64,000 bases of DNA, taken from the NCBI GenBank assembly GCA_964490105.1, contig CAZAZU010000001.1, positions 498,361-562,360 on the forward strand, written 5' to 3'. How positions within the stretch are numbered: the stretch's first letter is position 1; each line of letters opens with the position of its first letter. This DNA is from an uncultured Gammaproteobacteria bacterium (GTDB taxonomy: Bacteria > Patescibacteriota > Microgenomatia > Levybacterales > UBA12049). Made by a program: the position numbers and the translations under genes. Below, piece after piece: positions 39,484-49,063 of this stretch. The notes under the pieces were generated by a model. That model was not told the DNA's origin, made no database searches, and worked only from the letters and a program-made list of their open reading frames with translations.

Positions 39484-39909
39484 TTAAATTTCTGAGCAGA
39501 GCTTCATGCACATACTTTTTGCTTCGTTGCTTGGAAGATCCTTGAGTCCTTCCATATCTTTTAAAACTTTTTGGATTTGAGGAGATGATGACGCAACTTC
39601 CACAGGATCTAAACCTTCAATATTCTTTTTTAGTTCTTCTATCTTAGATCCAACTTCATTTGCGACATTAAATCTTGGAATTTCAACGTCAGGTTTTTTA
39701 ATTGGCGTAGGAGAAACGGATACATTTTGACCTAAAACTTCATCGTTATTTGAAAAAAATGTGGTCTTAATTTCTCTAACTGCTAAGATCGCAACCACCA
39801 CAAAAAAAGCTGTTACTATTACTCTTTTTTTATCCCATTCCTCGCCAGATTCTTCTTTTCTTCTAGTCTTTACAGGTTCAACTGCTTCTTCTTTTTTTCT
39901 GAAAAACAT
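39484..39909 (-). CDS. Membrane-anchored hypothetical protein
   Basis: One TM, 'EVLG', C-terminal CxxxC; TAGAAT lies 6 nt before the ATG. Confidence 0.7.
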   Translation of the reverse strand: MFFRKKEEAVEPVKTRRKEESGEEWDKKRVIVTAFFVVVAILAVREIKTTFFSNNDEVLGQNVSVSPTPIKKPDVEIPRFNVANEVGSKIEELKKNIEGLDPVEVASSSPQIQKVLKDMEGLKDLPSNEAKSMCMKLCSEI

Positions 39910-39984
39910 ATCTTAATTCTAGAGTCTCAACCTCACTTTTGCAAACGTGTAGCACAAATCCAACTTAAATGATAATATCAGGGT

Positions 39985-40959
39985 ATGCCATCAGTTGATG
40001 TTTTATGTATTGGAAATGCGACAATTGATGTTTTCGTTTTACTAAAAAATCTTCAGAAATTTTCTTACGATAAATTCTCAAATAATATTTCCTTTCCTCT
40101 CGGAGAAAAAGTTCCACTCGATGAACATAAATTAACCATGGGGGGAAATGCCGCTAACCTTGCTGTAGGACTCAAGCGACTTGGACTAAACACATCACTT
40201 GCTGCAGAAATTGGAAGCGATGAGTTCTCGGAAAAAATAACCCATACTTTAGAAAAAGAAGAAGTTGATCAAACATATATTAAAAAAGGGGATAGGCAAA
40301 CTCCATATTTTAATATAGTTCTTTCATACGGCGGAGATCGAACAATTCTTGATGAAAGAACACCTAGCGAGGAGGTCTTGGAAATCGGAAATGCTAATCC
40401 CAAATATTTTTATTTAACTGGACTAAACGGGGATTGGGAGAAAATATTTTCAGATGCCATCTCAAATAATCCCGATTCACTTCTTGCATTTAATCCCGGC
40501 AGCAGACAATTAAATGAAGGATTTGATAAGACACTGGAAATATTACCAAAAATTGAAATTCTTTTTGTAAACTTAGCTGAAGCCCAGAAAATGATTGGTG
40601 AGCAAGAAACAGATGTAAAAATTTTAATGACCAAACTTAAGAGTAAAGGCCCTAAAATTGCAGTTGTCACAGACGGCATAAATGGATCTTATGCAATCGG
40701 CGAAAATGGAAATATTTTTCATATCGGCCCGCTTTCAAAAGAAAAACCAATTGAGCGAACTGGAGCCGGAGACTCATACGCAGGTGCTTTTTTATATGCA
40801 GTTATAAAAGGCAAATCTATAGAAGAAGCTATGAGATATGGAGCAATAAATGCAGACAGTGTAATAAAAAAAATCGGCGCGCAAGATGGACTTTTAAAAG
40901 ATATCGAGATTGAACAAATCTCAAACGAAAATTTAGAATTCCAAGCAGTAAAAATATGA
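39985..40959 (+). CDS. PfkB family carbohydrate kinase
   Basis: GGNAANLAVGLKRLG, NPG, VVTDG, ERTGAGDSY. Confidence 0.92.
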   Translation: MPSVDVLCIGNATIDVFVLLKNLQKFSYDKFSNNISFPLGEKVPLDEHKLTMGGNAANLAVGLKRLGLNTSLAAEIGSDEFSEKITHTLEKEEVDQTYIKKGDRQTPYFNIVLSYGGDRTILDERTPSEEVLEIGNANPKYFYLTGLNGDWEKIFSDAISNNPDSLLAFNPGSRQLNEGFDKTLEILPKIEILFVNLAEAQKMIGEQETDVKILMTKLKSKGPKIAVVTDGINGSYAIGENGNIFHIGPLSKEKPIERTGAGDSYAGAFLYAVIKGKSIEEAMRYGAINADSVIKKIGAQDGLLKDIEIEQISNENLEFQAVKI

Positions 40960-41708
40960 CAGATTTAAGTAAAATTACAAAAGACGGCAAAGCGCTTTTC
41001 TTAGCATATGATCAGGGAATGGAACACGGACCGTCTGATTTCGATGATGAAAATGCGGATCCAGAAAATATAATTAATATTGGATTAAAAGGCGGTTTTA
41101 CCGGAATTATTTTTCAAAAAGGGGTAGCTGAACAATACTACAAAAAAGAATACGACTCCACGTTACCACTTATTATTAAACTAAACGGAAAGACAAACTT
41201 AAATGATGATCCAGATCCTTATTCACCACAAATTTGTTCTGTTGAAGAAGCTCTAAGTCTAGGTGCCTCAGCTGTAGGATATACGATTTATGTTGGGAGC
41301 CGTCATGAATCAAAGATGTTTAAGGAGTTTAGTAAAATTGAAGGAGAAGCGCATAAAGCTAACATTCCTTTCATCGGCTGGATGTATATTAAAGGAAGCG
41401 GGGCAGAAGGAAAAGATATAAGAGAGCTCACAGCTTATGCGGCACGTCTTGGACTTGAGATGGGTGCTGACATTATAAAAATAAAATATCCAGGGGATGA
41501 AAAAAGTCTCAGATGGGCAGTAAATAACGCAGGAAAAACTGGGGTCGTAATTTCAGGAGGAGCTAAGGAAGATGAGGGGACATTTCTGGAAACTGTGCAA
41601 ACTGCGATGAGCTCAGGATGCATCGGAATGGCAGTAGGAAGAAATATCTGGCAATCGAATTCACCATTGGAAATTACAGAAAAAGTTAAAAAAATAATCT
41701 GGCCCTAA
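40956..41708 (+). CDS. Class I fructose-bisphosphate aldolase (DhnA type)
   Basis: LAYDQGMEHGP, AVGYTIYVGS, GADIIKIKY (Schiff-base Lys), AVGRNIWQ. Confidence 0.9.
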   Translation: MTDLSKITKDGKALFLAYDQGMEHGPSDFDDENADPENIINIGLKGGFTGIIFQKGVAEQYYKKEYDSTLPLIIKLNGKTNLNDDPDPYSPQICSVEEALSLGASAVGYTIYVGSRHESKMFKEFSKIEGEAHKANIPFIGWMYIKGSGAEGKDIRELTAYAARLGLEMGADIIKIKYPGDEKSLRWAVNNAGKTGVVISGGAKEDEGTFLETVQTAMSSGCIGMAVGRNIWQSNSPLEITEKVKKIIWP

Positions 41709-41719
41709 ATTTACTGTCT

Positions 41720-41745
41720 GATATATCGATATATCGATATATAAT
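41720..41745. repeat. (GATATATC)x2 array ending in TATAAT, upstream of rpiB
   Basis: GATATATC at 41720 and 41728, then GATATATAAT; ATG 8 nt downstream. Confidence 0.8.
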
Positions 41746-41753
41746 GTATTGAT

Positions 41754-42251
41754 ATGAAAGTTTACTTAGCAACGGACCACGCAGGACTTGAAATTAAAAA
41801 TAAAGTAATTGAGTATTTAAAACAATTGGGACATGACCCAGAGGACTGTGGTGCTTTTACCTATGACAAAAATGATGATTACCCGGATCTCATTTCAAAT
41901 GCTGCGAGAAAAGTTTCAGAAAACCCTGATAGCTTCGGGGTAGTTTTCGGAGGTTCAGGGCAAGGCGAAGCAATTGTTGCTAATAAATTTAAAAATGTCA
42001 GGTGTGCTCTTTTTTATTCACCAGCGCTGCCAGCTCAAGCAATTGATATAAATGGAAATAAAAGTGTGGACGAATTTGAAATACTAAAACTAACTCGCGC
42101 CCATAATGACTCTAACATGCTTTCAATTGGCACTCGTTTTTTAACCGAAACAGAGATTTTTAAAGCAGTAAAAATATTTTTAGAAAGCCCATTTCCAGGA
42201 GACGAAAGACACAAAAGAAGAGTCAAAAAGATTAAACAGCTTGAGAATTAA
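41754..42251 (+). CDS. rpiB: Ribose-5-phosphate isomerase B
   Basis: TDHAG, DDYPD, GGSGQGEAIVANK, RAHNDSN, RHKRRV. Confidence 0.92.
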   Translation: MKVYLATDHAGLEIKNKVIEYLKQLGHDPEDCGAFTYDKNDDYPDLISNAARKVSENPDSFGVVFGGSGQGEAIVANKFKNVRCALFYSPALPAQAIDINGNKSVDEFEILKLTRAHNDSNMLSIGTRFLTETEIFKAVKIFLESPFPGDERHKRRVKKIKQLEN

Positions 42252-43005
42252 TAACAGCTCCCATACTATCAAATAAAACTACACTTTCCCCCATGACTTG
42301 TCTGATGTGTGCAGTTTGATCTGGAGTAACTCCGCTACCCAAAACCATTCCGCTAATAAAATTACTTGGGACACCAACTAAAATTGCCGATAATCTTTTC
42401 CCAACTTCCGAATCTACATCTTTGACAGGTAAACGATGAATAATTTTTTTCATCGCTTCATTCTTGGGATCATATGCGTCCTGAGATAGTAACTCATCTA
42501 ACCTAGGATCTGGATCAATCAAATATGCAATATGACTTGTTCGCTTTTTATAAGATGGGAGGTAATTATATTCAGGCTGTGGTACAAAAAGTTTTTCACT
42601 TATTTGTCTCCCTTTAGAAATAAATGCCATATATTCTTGAACTGACATATCTTCAGGAACCTTAAAGAAATCACCACTATAACTAGTTTCTCCATCTTCT
42701 GGAATTCCTATAAACTCACCAGAAACTATACCCAATCTTTTTATACCCTCAACGAGCTCAGGAGTGTAAATGGCTCCATGAACCAGTGTTCCTTTTACTA
42801 ATGCAGGTTCTCCTCGTGCTAACCTTTCCCTAATTGGATTAGCTACGGGACCTGGATGATCCTTGAGTGTTTGAAAGAGATTCCATTGATTCCGCACAAC
42901 AGTCATTGAATCTGCATCAAGAGGCTTATAGGTTAACATGGTATCAGGAAAGGGGACAGATTTTGTTATTGTTTCAGGACTAGGTCCTGGTCCATCACCA
43001 CTCAT
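42232..43005 (-). CDS. Hypothetical protein coupled to gap
   Basis: 257-aa ORF with ATGA overlap to gap; 'LVHG...GIKRLGI' motif. Confidence 0.7.
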   Translation of the reverse strand: MSGDGPGPSPETITKSVPFPDTMLTYKPLDADSMTVVRNQWNLFQTLKDHPGPVANPIRERLARGEPALVKGTLVHGAIYTPELVEGIKRLGIVSGEFIGIPEDGETSYSGDFFKVPEDMSVQEYMAFISKGRQISEKLFVPQPEYNYLPSYKKRTSHIAYLIDPDPRLDELLSQDAYDPKNEAMKKIIHRLPVKDVDSEVGKRLSAILVGVPSNFISGMVLGSGVTPDQTAHIRQVMGESVVLFDSMGAVINSQAV

Positions 43006-44045
43006 TTTTCTTTTCCAACCATTAGAACTTCTTCTATCAAACGGTTAGCGTATCCATATTCATTGTCATACCAAGCTATAACTTTTACCATATTTCCGCC
43101 AACTACTTGGGTCAAACTTAAATCAACAATTGCAGAATGAGAATTACCAACTATATCTGAGGAAACAATTGGCTCCTCCGTAGCTTCTAAAATTCCTTTA
43201 AAATTATTCTTTCTTACAGCCGTTTTAAACGCATTATTAATCTCCTCAACTGTCGCGTCTTTTTTTAGAACAAACGTAAAATCTGAAAGTGAACCCACAG
43301 GAACAGGAACACGAATCGCGAGGCCATTAAATATTCCATCAAGCTCCGGCAGTGCTTTTGCTGCAGCTTTTGTAGCTCCAGTACTTGTTGGAACTATATT
43401 TTCTGCCGCTGCTCTTGCTCTCCTGTAATCTTCATGTCCACCATCTTGAAGTCTTTGATCCTGAGTATAACCATGAATGGTTGTCATCATCGCTTTTTCT
43501 ATCCCAAATTCATCAGCAATTACTTTTGCAACTGGAGCTATGCAATTTGTCGTACAAGATGCATTACTTATGATATTTGCGCCATTATAATCTGCGTCAT
43601 TTACTGACAAAACATAAGTTTCTATATTTCCTCCTTTTGCAGGAGCAGACAAAACTACATTTTTAGCTCCAGCTTTTATATGAAGGTTCAAGTCTTCCAA
43701 ACTTGAAAAATGTCCCGTGGACTCGATCACCACATCAACATTCAGATCATCCCAGGGAAGAAGAGATGGATCTTTCTGAGAATAAACAAAACTTTTTCTT
43801 CTTTTATTTACAACAATTTTCCCAAGAAGATCTTTTTTTGATTCTTTAGTTGGTTCAATTGTTACTTCATCTTTTAAATTTCCGTAAACGGAGTCGTATT
43901 TAAGTAAATACATCCATCCTTTTAAGTCAGTAGAAGTCCCAGCATTTATCGCCACCACATCAATCTTACTTTTATACTTCTCAAGAATTACACGGTGCGC
44001 AATTCTTCCAATTCTGCCGTATCCATTTATCGCAACTCTAATCAT
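43002..44045 (-). CDS. gap: Glyceraldehyde-3-phosphate dehydrogenase, type I
   Basis: INGYGRIGR, SNASCTTNC, RVPVP, WYDNEYGY. Confidence 0.97.
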   Translation of the reverse strand: MIRVAINGYGRIGRIAHRVILEKYKSKIDVVAINAGTSTDLKGWMYLLKYDSVYGNLKDEVTIEPTKESKKDLLGKIVVNKRRKSFVYSQKDPSLLPWDDLNVDVVIESTGHFSSLEDLNLHIKAGAKNVVLSAPAKGGNIETYVLSVNDADYNGANIISNASCTTNCIAPVAKVIADEFGIEKAMMTTIHGYTQDQRLQDGGHEDYRRARAAAENIVPTSTGATKAAAKALPELDGIFNGLAIRVPVPVGSLSDFTFVLKKDATVEEINNAFKTAVRKNNFKGILEATEEPIVSSDIVGNSHSAIVDLSLTQVVGGNMVKVIAWYDNEYGYANRLIEEVLMVGKEK

Positions 44046-44090
44046 AAATATATAATCTCACTTCGATTAACCTGCGTCAAACTTAATTTA

Positions 44091-44203
44091 TGCGTGGGGA
44101 GGAATTTGAATTTTCAAACGCAATCAGCAGACTAAGATTTAATACATAGGGATGATTTAAACTGCGAATGAAGTGAGAAAATTTGAATTCCACCCTCAGC
44201 GCA
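44091..44203. repeat. Long imperfect inverted repeat between tkt and gap
   Basis: TGCGTGGGGAGGAATTTGAATTTTC ... GAAAATTTGAATTCCACCCTCAGCGCA; inner GCAG/CTGC. Confidence 0.65.
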
Positions 44204-44207
44204 ATTA

Positions 44208-46037
44208 CTACCGTAATAACTCGTGTACTTTTTCCACAATTGCTTTCGAATTTATTTGTTCAAAATCCAGTAATTCCTCAGGACTTCCGCTCCTTGGCAT
44301 CTTAGAAACCGACAAACTATAAATCGGAGTTTTTGAAGTATTTAAACATGAGCGAACGGCCTCTGCGATTCCGCCTTCTGGTCTGTGATCTTCGACAACT
44401 AAAATTTTCCCAGTTTCATCAGCGGCTCTTTCTAGCGTCGCAGAATCTATAGGTTTTACAGAATATAAATCTATTACCCTAATATCTATCCCCTGTTTTT
44501 TTAATTCTTCATAGGCTTTTAGCGCCTCATGAAGTGTAATTCCAGCGCCAACTACACTCATCTTATCCTTAGTAGATGATCTTAAAGTTTTACTGCCACC
44601 AATTTCAAAACTCTCCTTTTCATGATATATAACGGGGGTATCCATTCTTGTGGTTCTGAGATAAACAATGCCCTTATAGTCAGCGGCAGCTTCTGTCAAC
44701 TTTTGTGCCGATACTCCATCAGAGGGATACAAAACTACGCTGTCTACGACAGAACGAAACATTGCTATATCTTCAATCCCCATTTGAGATGCGCCGTCCT
44801 GACCAATTGACACCCCGGCATGTGAACCCACAAACTTAATATTTGCCTTAGCATAAGCAGCCATTCTTATTTGATCATGCGCTCTTGTCCAAAACGCTGC
44901 GAATGTGGAAATAAATGGCAGTTTTCCTCGCCTGGAAAGACCAACTGCGACAGAAACCATATTTTGCTCAGCAATAAACATTTCAAAATATTTATCACTA
45001 TGCTTTTCTCTAATAATTTCAGAAAAGGTCGAATTAGATGTTTCTCCGTCAAGTACGACTAGAGAAGGGTGGGTGGATACAAGAGTAGGCAATGCTTCAC
45101 CATAAGATTTTCTTGTAGCAATTAAATCTCCAATTTTATATTGTGCGACGCGAGAAGTATATCTTGGAGAGGGGTTATTTTTATGATTTATTTTATCTGG
45201 TTTTGCAATTTTTCCACGTAGTGTTCTGTCTATTTCACCCAAATCTTTTGCATGCTCCCCTATTTCAGCGTAGGGGAGAGCCTTTCCGTGAAAACCATCC
45301 TTATTTTCAACCTTCTTAATACCCTTACCCTTCATGGTTTTAGCAATTATCATTACGGGTCGGTCGTGCGAAGTTTGAGCTTGCAAAAAGGCCTGTGAAA
45401 TTTCGCTAAAATCATGTCCATCTACAACTATCGCCTCCCAACCAAATGCCTGAAGTTTTTTTTGATAGTTTTTTAAATCCCATCCATACATTGTCTCAGT
45501 ACTCTGTCCGAGCCTGTTAACGTCAATTATTCCGATTAAATTATTTAACTTATAATGACTTGCGATCTCTATTGCTTCCCAAACTTGTCCTTCGGAGGTT
45601 TCACTATCTCCCATCAAAACATATGTTTTATGCGACAATTTTTCAATCTTCGCAGCTAGTGCGATTCCAACTCCTACTGACAAACCTTGGCCAAGTGAGC
45701 CGGTTGGCGCTTCTGTATATTTAAATTCCATAGTAGGATGCCCTTCAAGCGGACTCCCAAACTTTCGATAAGTTAGTAAATCATTTTCTGAAATCTCTCC
45801 GGCTGCTACCCAGAGTGAATAAAATAAGGGAGAAGCATGGCCTTTTGAAAAGATTACCCTATCATTCTCTGGATAATCTGGATTTTTGGCATCAAATTTT
45901 AAAAATCCTCCGAAAAAAAGCGTGGTCATTAGCTCAACCGAAGATAAAGATGAAGTTAAATGCCCTGAACCTGCTGTAGAAGTTGAAAGAAGACAATAAT
46001 AACGAATCAACCTAGCTAACTTTTCCAAATCTTCCAT
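44208..46037 (-). CDS. tkt: Transketolase
   Basis: GSGHLTSSLS, SKGHA, EGHP, TGSLGQG, MGDSE..EG (ThDP motif), FIAEQNM. Confidence 0.95.
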   Translation of the reverse strand: MEDLEKLARLIRYYCLLSTSTAGSGHLTSSLSSVELMTTLFFGGFLKFDAKNPDYPENDRVIFSKGHASPLFYSLWVAAGEISENDLLTYRKFGSPLEGHPTMEFKYTEAPTGSLGQGLSVGVGIALAAKIEKLSHKTYVLMGDSETSEGQVWEAIEIASHYKLNNLIGIIDVNRLGQSTETMYGWDLKNYQKKLQAFGWEAIVVDGHDFSEISQAFLQAQTSHDRPVMIIAKTMKGKGIKKVENKDGFHGKALPYAEIGEHAKDLGEIDRTLRGKIAKPDKINHKNNPSPRYTSRVAQYKIGDLIATRKSYGEALPTLVSTHPSLVVLDGETSNSTFSEIIREKHSDKYFEMFIAEQNMVSVAVGLSRRGKLPFISTFAAFWTRAHDQIRMAAYAKANIKFVGSHAGVSIGQDGASQMGIEDIAMFRSVVDSVVLYPSDGVSAQKLTEAAADYKGIVYLRTTRMDTPVIYHEKESFEIGGSKTLRSSTKDKMSVVGAGITLHEALKAYEELKKQGIDIRVIDLYSVKPIDSATLERAADETGKILVVEDHRPEGGIAEAVRSCLNTSKTPIYSLSVSKMPRSGSPEELLDFEQINSKAIVEKVHELLR

Positions 46038-46095
46038 ATCTCTAGAATACAGGATCTTTTAGTTTATTGGAAGCAATTCTCTGTTATAATTTTTC

Positions 46096-46872
46096 TTGAT
46101 GGATTTATTTCAAACTTTAATTCTTTCTTTCGTAGAAGGTGTTACGGAATTTTTACCAATTTCTTCAACGGGGCACCTAATCCTTGCTTCTCAAATTCTT
46201 GGGATCAAACAAACTGAATTTGTAAAAAGTTTTGAAATTATTATTCAATTAGGCGCTATTCTTTCAATAGTTTTCCTATACTTTAAAACTTTATTAAATT
46301 TTAAGATCTGGCCCAAAATTTTCGTAGCTTTTCTTCCAAGCGCGGTCGTAGGCCTACTCTTCTATAAAATTATTAAAGAATTTCTAATTGGAAATAGCCT
46401 TATAACTGTAATCGCATTACTAATTGGAGGAATCGCATTTATAGCAGTCGAATACTGGAATAGGGATAAGCAATCAAAGCAAACTTCTAAGATCGAGGAG
46501 ATTACTTTTAAGAACGCATTTATAATAGGACTTTTCCAGTCAATTTCTGTGATTCCTGGCGTTTCAAGAGCTGGAGCTACAATTCTGGGGGCTTTACTAC
46601 TTAAAACAAACAGAAAAACAGCCGCAGAGTTTTCATTCATTCTGGCTGTTCCTACGATGGCAGCAGCCACTGGATTAGATGTATTTCAAACCAAATTGAA
46701 CTTTTCAAATAATGAATTGTTTTTGCTCGCTGTAGGCTTCGTGAGTTCATTCATTTTTGCTGCTATTTCAGTAAAATTACTTGTAAAATACCTGGCTAAT
46801 CATAACTTTATTTCCTTTGGAATCTATAGAATTGCGTTAGCGATAATATTTTGGTTAATATACCTGAGATGA
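46096..46872 (+). CDS. uppP: Undecaprenyl-diphosphate phosphatase
   Basis: EGVTEFLPISSTGH, IQLGA, PGVSRAGAT, AAEFSF, FGIYR. Confidence 0.96.
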   Translation: MMDLFQTLILSFVEGVTEFLPISSTGHLILASQILGIKQTEFVKSFEIIIQLGAILSIVFLYFKTLLNFKIWPKIFVAFLPSAVVGLLFYKIIKEFLIGNSLITVIALLIGGIAFIAVEYWNRDKQSKQTSKIEEITFKNAFIIGLFQSISVIPGVSRAGATILGALLLKTNRKTAAEFSFILAVPTMAAATGLDVFQTKLNFSNNELFLLAVGFVSSFIFAAISVKLLVKYLANHNFISFGIYRIALAIIFWLIYLR

Positions 46873-46962
46873 ATCCCGTTAGAAGCCGCGATCGCTTTTA
46901 GGGATTTGAAGCAAAAAGAAAGGATAAGTAGATGATCGCGATCTGCTTCTAAACGGGATGAA
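46869..46962 (+). mobile_element. Start-codon-inserted hairpin element, copy 3 (core 46874-46957, ATGAA direct repeats)
   Basis: ATGAA-TCCCGTTAGAAGCCGCGATCGC...GATCGCGATCTGCTTCTAAACGGG-ATGAA at the uppP/MGMT junction. Confidence 0.8.
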
Positions 46963-47260
46963 CACGTTTGAAAAGGTTTATAAGGCTGTAGCTAAAATTC
47001 CAAGAGGAAAAGTTACTACTTATGGTGAAATTGCGCGGTACTTAGGCATCTCTAACCCAAGAGTGGTAGGATTTGCACTTCACGTAAATAAGGACCCGGA
47101 TAATATCCCTTGCCACAGAGTGGTAAATAAAAAAGGAGAACTTGCTCCAGGCTACGCTTTTGGAGGTCTTGATGTCCAAAAACAGCTGCTAACACAAGAG
47201 GGGGTTAAATTTGAAAATTCGAGAGTAAAACTTGAAAGCTCAGGTTTTAATTTTACTTAG
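46958..47260 (+). CDS. MGMT family O6-alkylguanine alkyltransferase (single domain)
   Basis: IPRGKVTTYGEIA, PRVVG, IPCHRVV (active Cys), LLTQEG. Confidence 0.9.
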   Translation: MNTFEKVYKAVAKIPRGKVTTYGEIARYLGISNPRVVGFALHVNKDPDNIPCHRVVNKKGELAPGYAFGGLDVQKQLLTQEGVKFENSRVKLESSGFNFT

Positions 47261-47420
47261 CTATCTGAATTCTTGGAAATTCAAATTTCTTTGTCACAGG
47301 AATCTTCCTTAAAGCCGCTAAACCACTATAAACTAAAGCAGCAATCAACAAAAACATTGCAGCAGCCACACATAGCGCAAACCATGTGAATGCCGTAAAA
47401 ACACCAATTAAGTTCTTCAT
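47253..47420 (-). CDS. Small single-TM protein (55 aa)
   Basis: ATG at 47420 (MKNLIGVF...) behind a consensus promoter. Confidence 0.6.
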   Translation of the reverse strand: MKNLIGVFTAFTWFALCVAAAMFLLIAALVYSGLAALRKIPVTKKFEFPRIQIAK

Positions 47421-47429
47421 AAGCCTATA

Positions 47430-47458
47430 ATTATAATAGAAAACAGTTAAAATGTCAA
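47430..47458 (-). promoter_or_regulatory. Consensus sigma70 promoter
   Basis: TTGACA-17 nt-TATAAT on the minus strand. Confidence 0.75.
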
Positions 47459-47501
47459 TTCTATAGGATATAATTTGATTAAAACCCAGGCATAAATCCC
47501 A

Positions 47502-47530
47502 TTGCAAACTAGCCTATAATATGATATACT
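47502..47530 (+). promoter_or_regulatory. Sigma70 promoter of the PIG-L/WbqC/GH18/DegT operon
   Basis: TTGCAA-17 nt-TATACT with extended TG; spacer contains AGCCTATA. Confidence 0.65.
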
Positions 47531-47539
47531 ACCCCTCTA

Positions 47540-48244
47540 ATGATGCCTGATTTAAAAAATCAAAAATTACTCATTGTTTCGCCTCATCCTGATGACGAGG
47601 TTCTAGGCTGTGGTGGTCTCATCAAAAAGATTAAAGACCAAGGCGGAGAAGTCTATATTCTTTTCCTTACGGTCGGCGACACTCAGGAATACTCGGCCAA
47701 AGGTGTTTCTAACGGAAACGAAAGAGTTTCTGAAATCGCAAGGGTAGCGAAATTCTTAAAATATGATAATTATCAAATCCTTTTTGAAGGTAATACTTTC
47801 CATTTAAGACTTGATAGTGTTCCTCAGATTGACCTTGTAAGTAAAATTGAAGAATCTCTAAACAGAATAAAGCCAACAATCGTTGCTATGCCTCCCCGTC
47901 AGGATTACAATCAGGACCATAGGGCTGCAGCTCAAGCATTAATTAGCGCCACAAGACCTGCTCCTTCTGATTTTAAACCATTTCAGAAAATGGTTCTAAC
48001 ATATGAATCTGTTCCGGTAGCTAACTGGGCATATTCACAAACAGAAAATCCTAATTTCTATGTTCCATTAACTGAAGACGAATTAGATACCAAGCTTAAA
48101 GCACTTTCTATGTATAAATCACAAGTTAGAAAAGGTGCGCACCCAAGATCCTTAAAATCCATGAAAAATCTTGCAAAATTCAGAGGCATGCAGATAGGTC
48201 AAGAATTTGCAGAAGCGTATATTTGCCACAGAAATGTTCTGTAA
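47540..48244 (+). CDS. PIG-L family N-deacetylase
   Basis: SPHPDDEVLGCGG, DYNQDH, YES, YKSQ, AEAY. Confidence 0.9.
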   Translation: MMPDLKNQKLLIVSPHPDDEVLGCGGLIKKIKDQGGEVYILFLTVGDTQEYSAKGVSNGNERVSEIARVAKFLKYDNYQILFEGNTFHLRLDSVPQIDLVSKIEESLNRIKPTIVAMPPRQDYNQDHRAAAQALISATRPAPSDFKPFQKMVLTYESVPVANWAYSQTENPNFYVPLTEDELDTKLKALSMYKSQVRKGAHPRSLKSMKNLAKFRGMQIGQEFAEAYICHRNVL

Positions 48245-48249
48245 AACAT

Positions 48250-49062
48250 ATGAGAGTATCAATCTACCAGCCTCGTTATTTTCCTCAATTGCACTATTTT
48301 AATAGAGCGCTTGAGTCTGATGTTTTTGTGATTCTGGACAGCGCTCAATATACAAAAGCCCTAGTTCACAGCATAAATGGCAGTAAAGAAAGACACAAAT
48401 CATTTCAATCAGATACAGTTATCAAATTCCCGGAAGGCTCCCATTTCCTAACAGTATCAATCAAACATAACGGCCTTCTACCGATAAATCAAACCCAGTT
48501 AGATTATTCACAAGATTGGGCTAGAAAACATGCAGCAACAATTTCGTCGGCATACAGAAAATCGTTTTCATATAATTCTATTTTTCCTCAAATAGAAAAA
48601 CTCCTTAAAAGTCAGTATGAAACATTAGGTGAGCTAAATATTAAAACTTTTCTTTGGGGCTTAGCATGCATCCTAGGCCTAGATTTAACTCCTGATGAAT
48701 TAACAGTCGAAACAATTAATAAACATCTTGAAACCTCTAATTTTAGACTTAAAAAGATAGTATTAGGCTCTGAGTTAGGGGTTGAAAGACCAGACGGTTT
48801 TCAAAAAGGAACAGAGTGGACTGTTGAAATTTGTAAAAAATTAGGAGCTACAGAGTATCTCCACGGAGAAACAGCACAAAATGGATATATGGACGAGGAT
48901 TACTACAAAAACAATGGGATTAGTCTTGTAACTCAAAATTGGAAATGTGAAGAATATGATCAGCAGTTTAATGACAAAACCGGATTTATCCCTAATCTAT
49001 CAATCATAGATTTACTCTTAAATGTTAATCACGAAAAAGTATTAGAAATAATTACAAATTAA
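48250..49062 (+). CDS. WbqC-like protein
   Basis: 'SIYQPRYFP..HYF....SDVFVILDSAQY', 'ICKKLGATEYL', 'FIPNLSIIDLLLN'. Confidence 0.85.
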   Translation: MRVSIYQPRYFPQLHYFNRALESDVFVILDSAQYTKALVHSINGSKERHKSFQSDTVIKFPEGSHFLTVSIKHNGLLPINQTQLDYSQDWARKHAATISSAYRKSFSYNSIFPQIEKLLKSQYETLGELNIKTFLWGLACILGLDLTPDELTVETINKHLETSNFRLKKIVLGSELGVERPDGFQKGTEWTVEICKKLGATEYLHGETAQNGYMDEDYYKNNGISLVTQNWKCEEYDQQFNDKTGFIPNLSIIDLLLNVNHEKVLEIITN

Positions 49063-49063
49063 T

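Noticed and set aside
39985-46037. PfkB/aldolase/RpiB/Gap/Tkt cluster as a novel pathway
   Set aside because: This is an ordinary glycolysis/pentose-phosphate grouping in reduced fermentative genomes.
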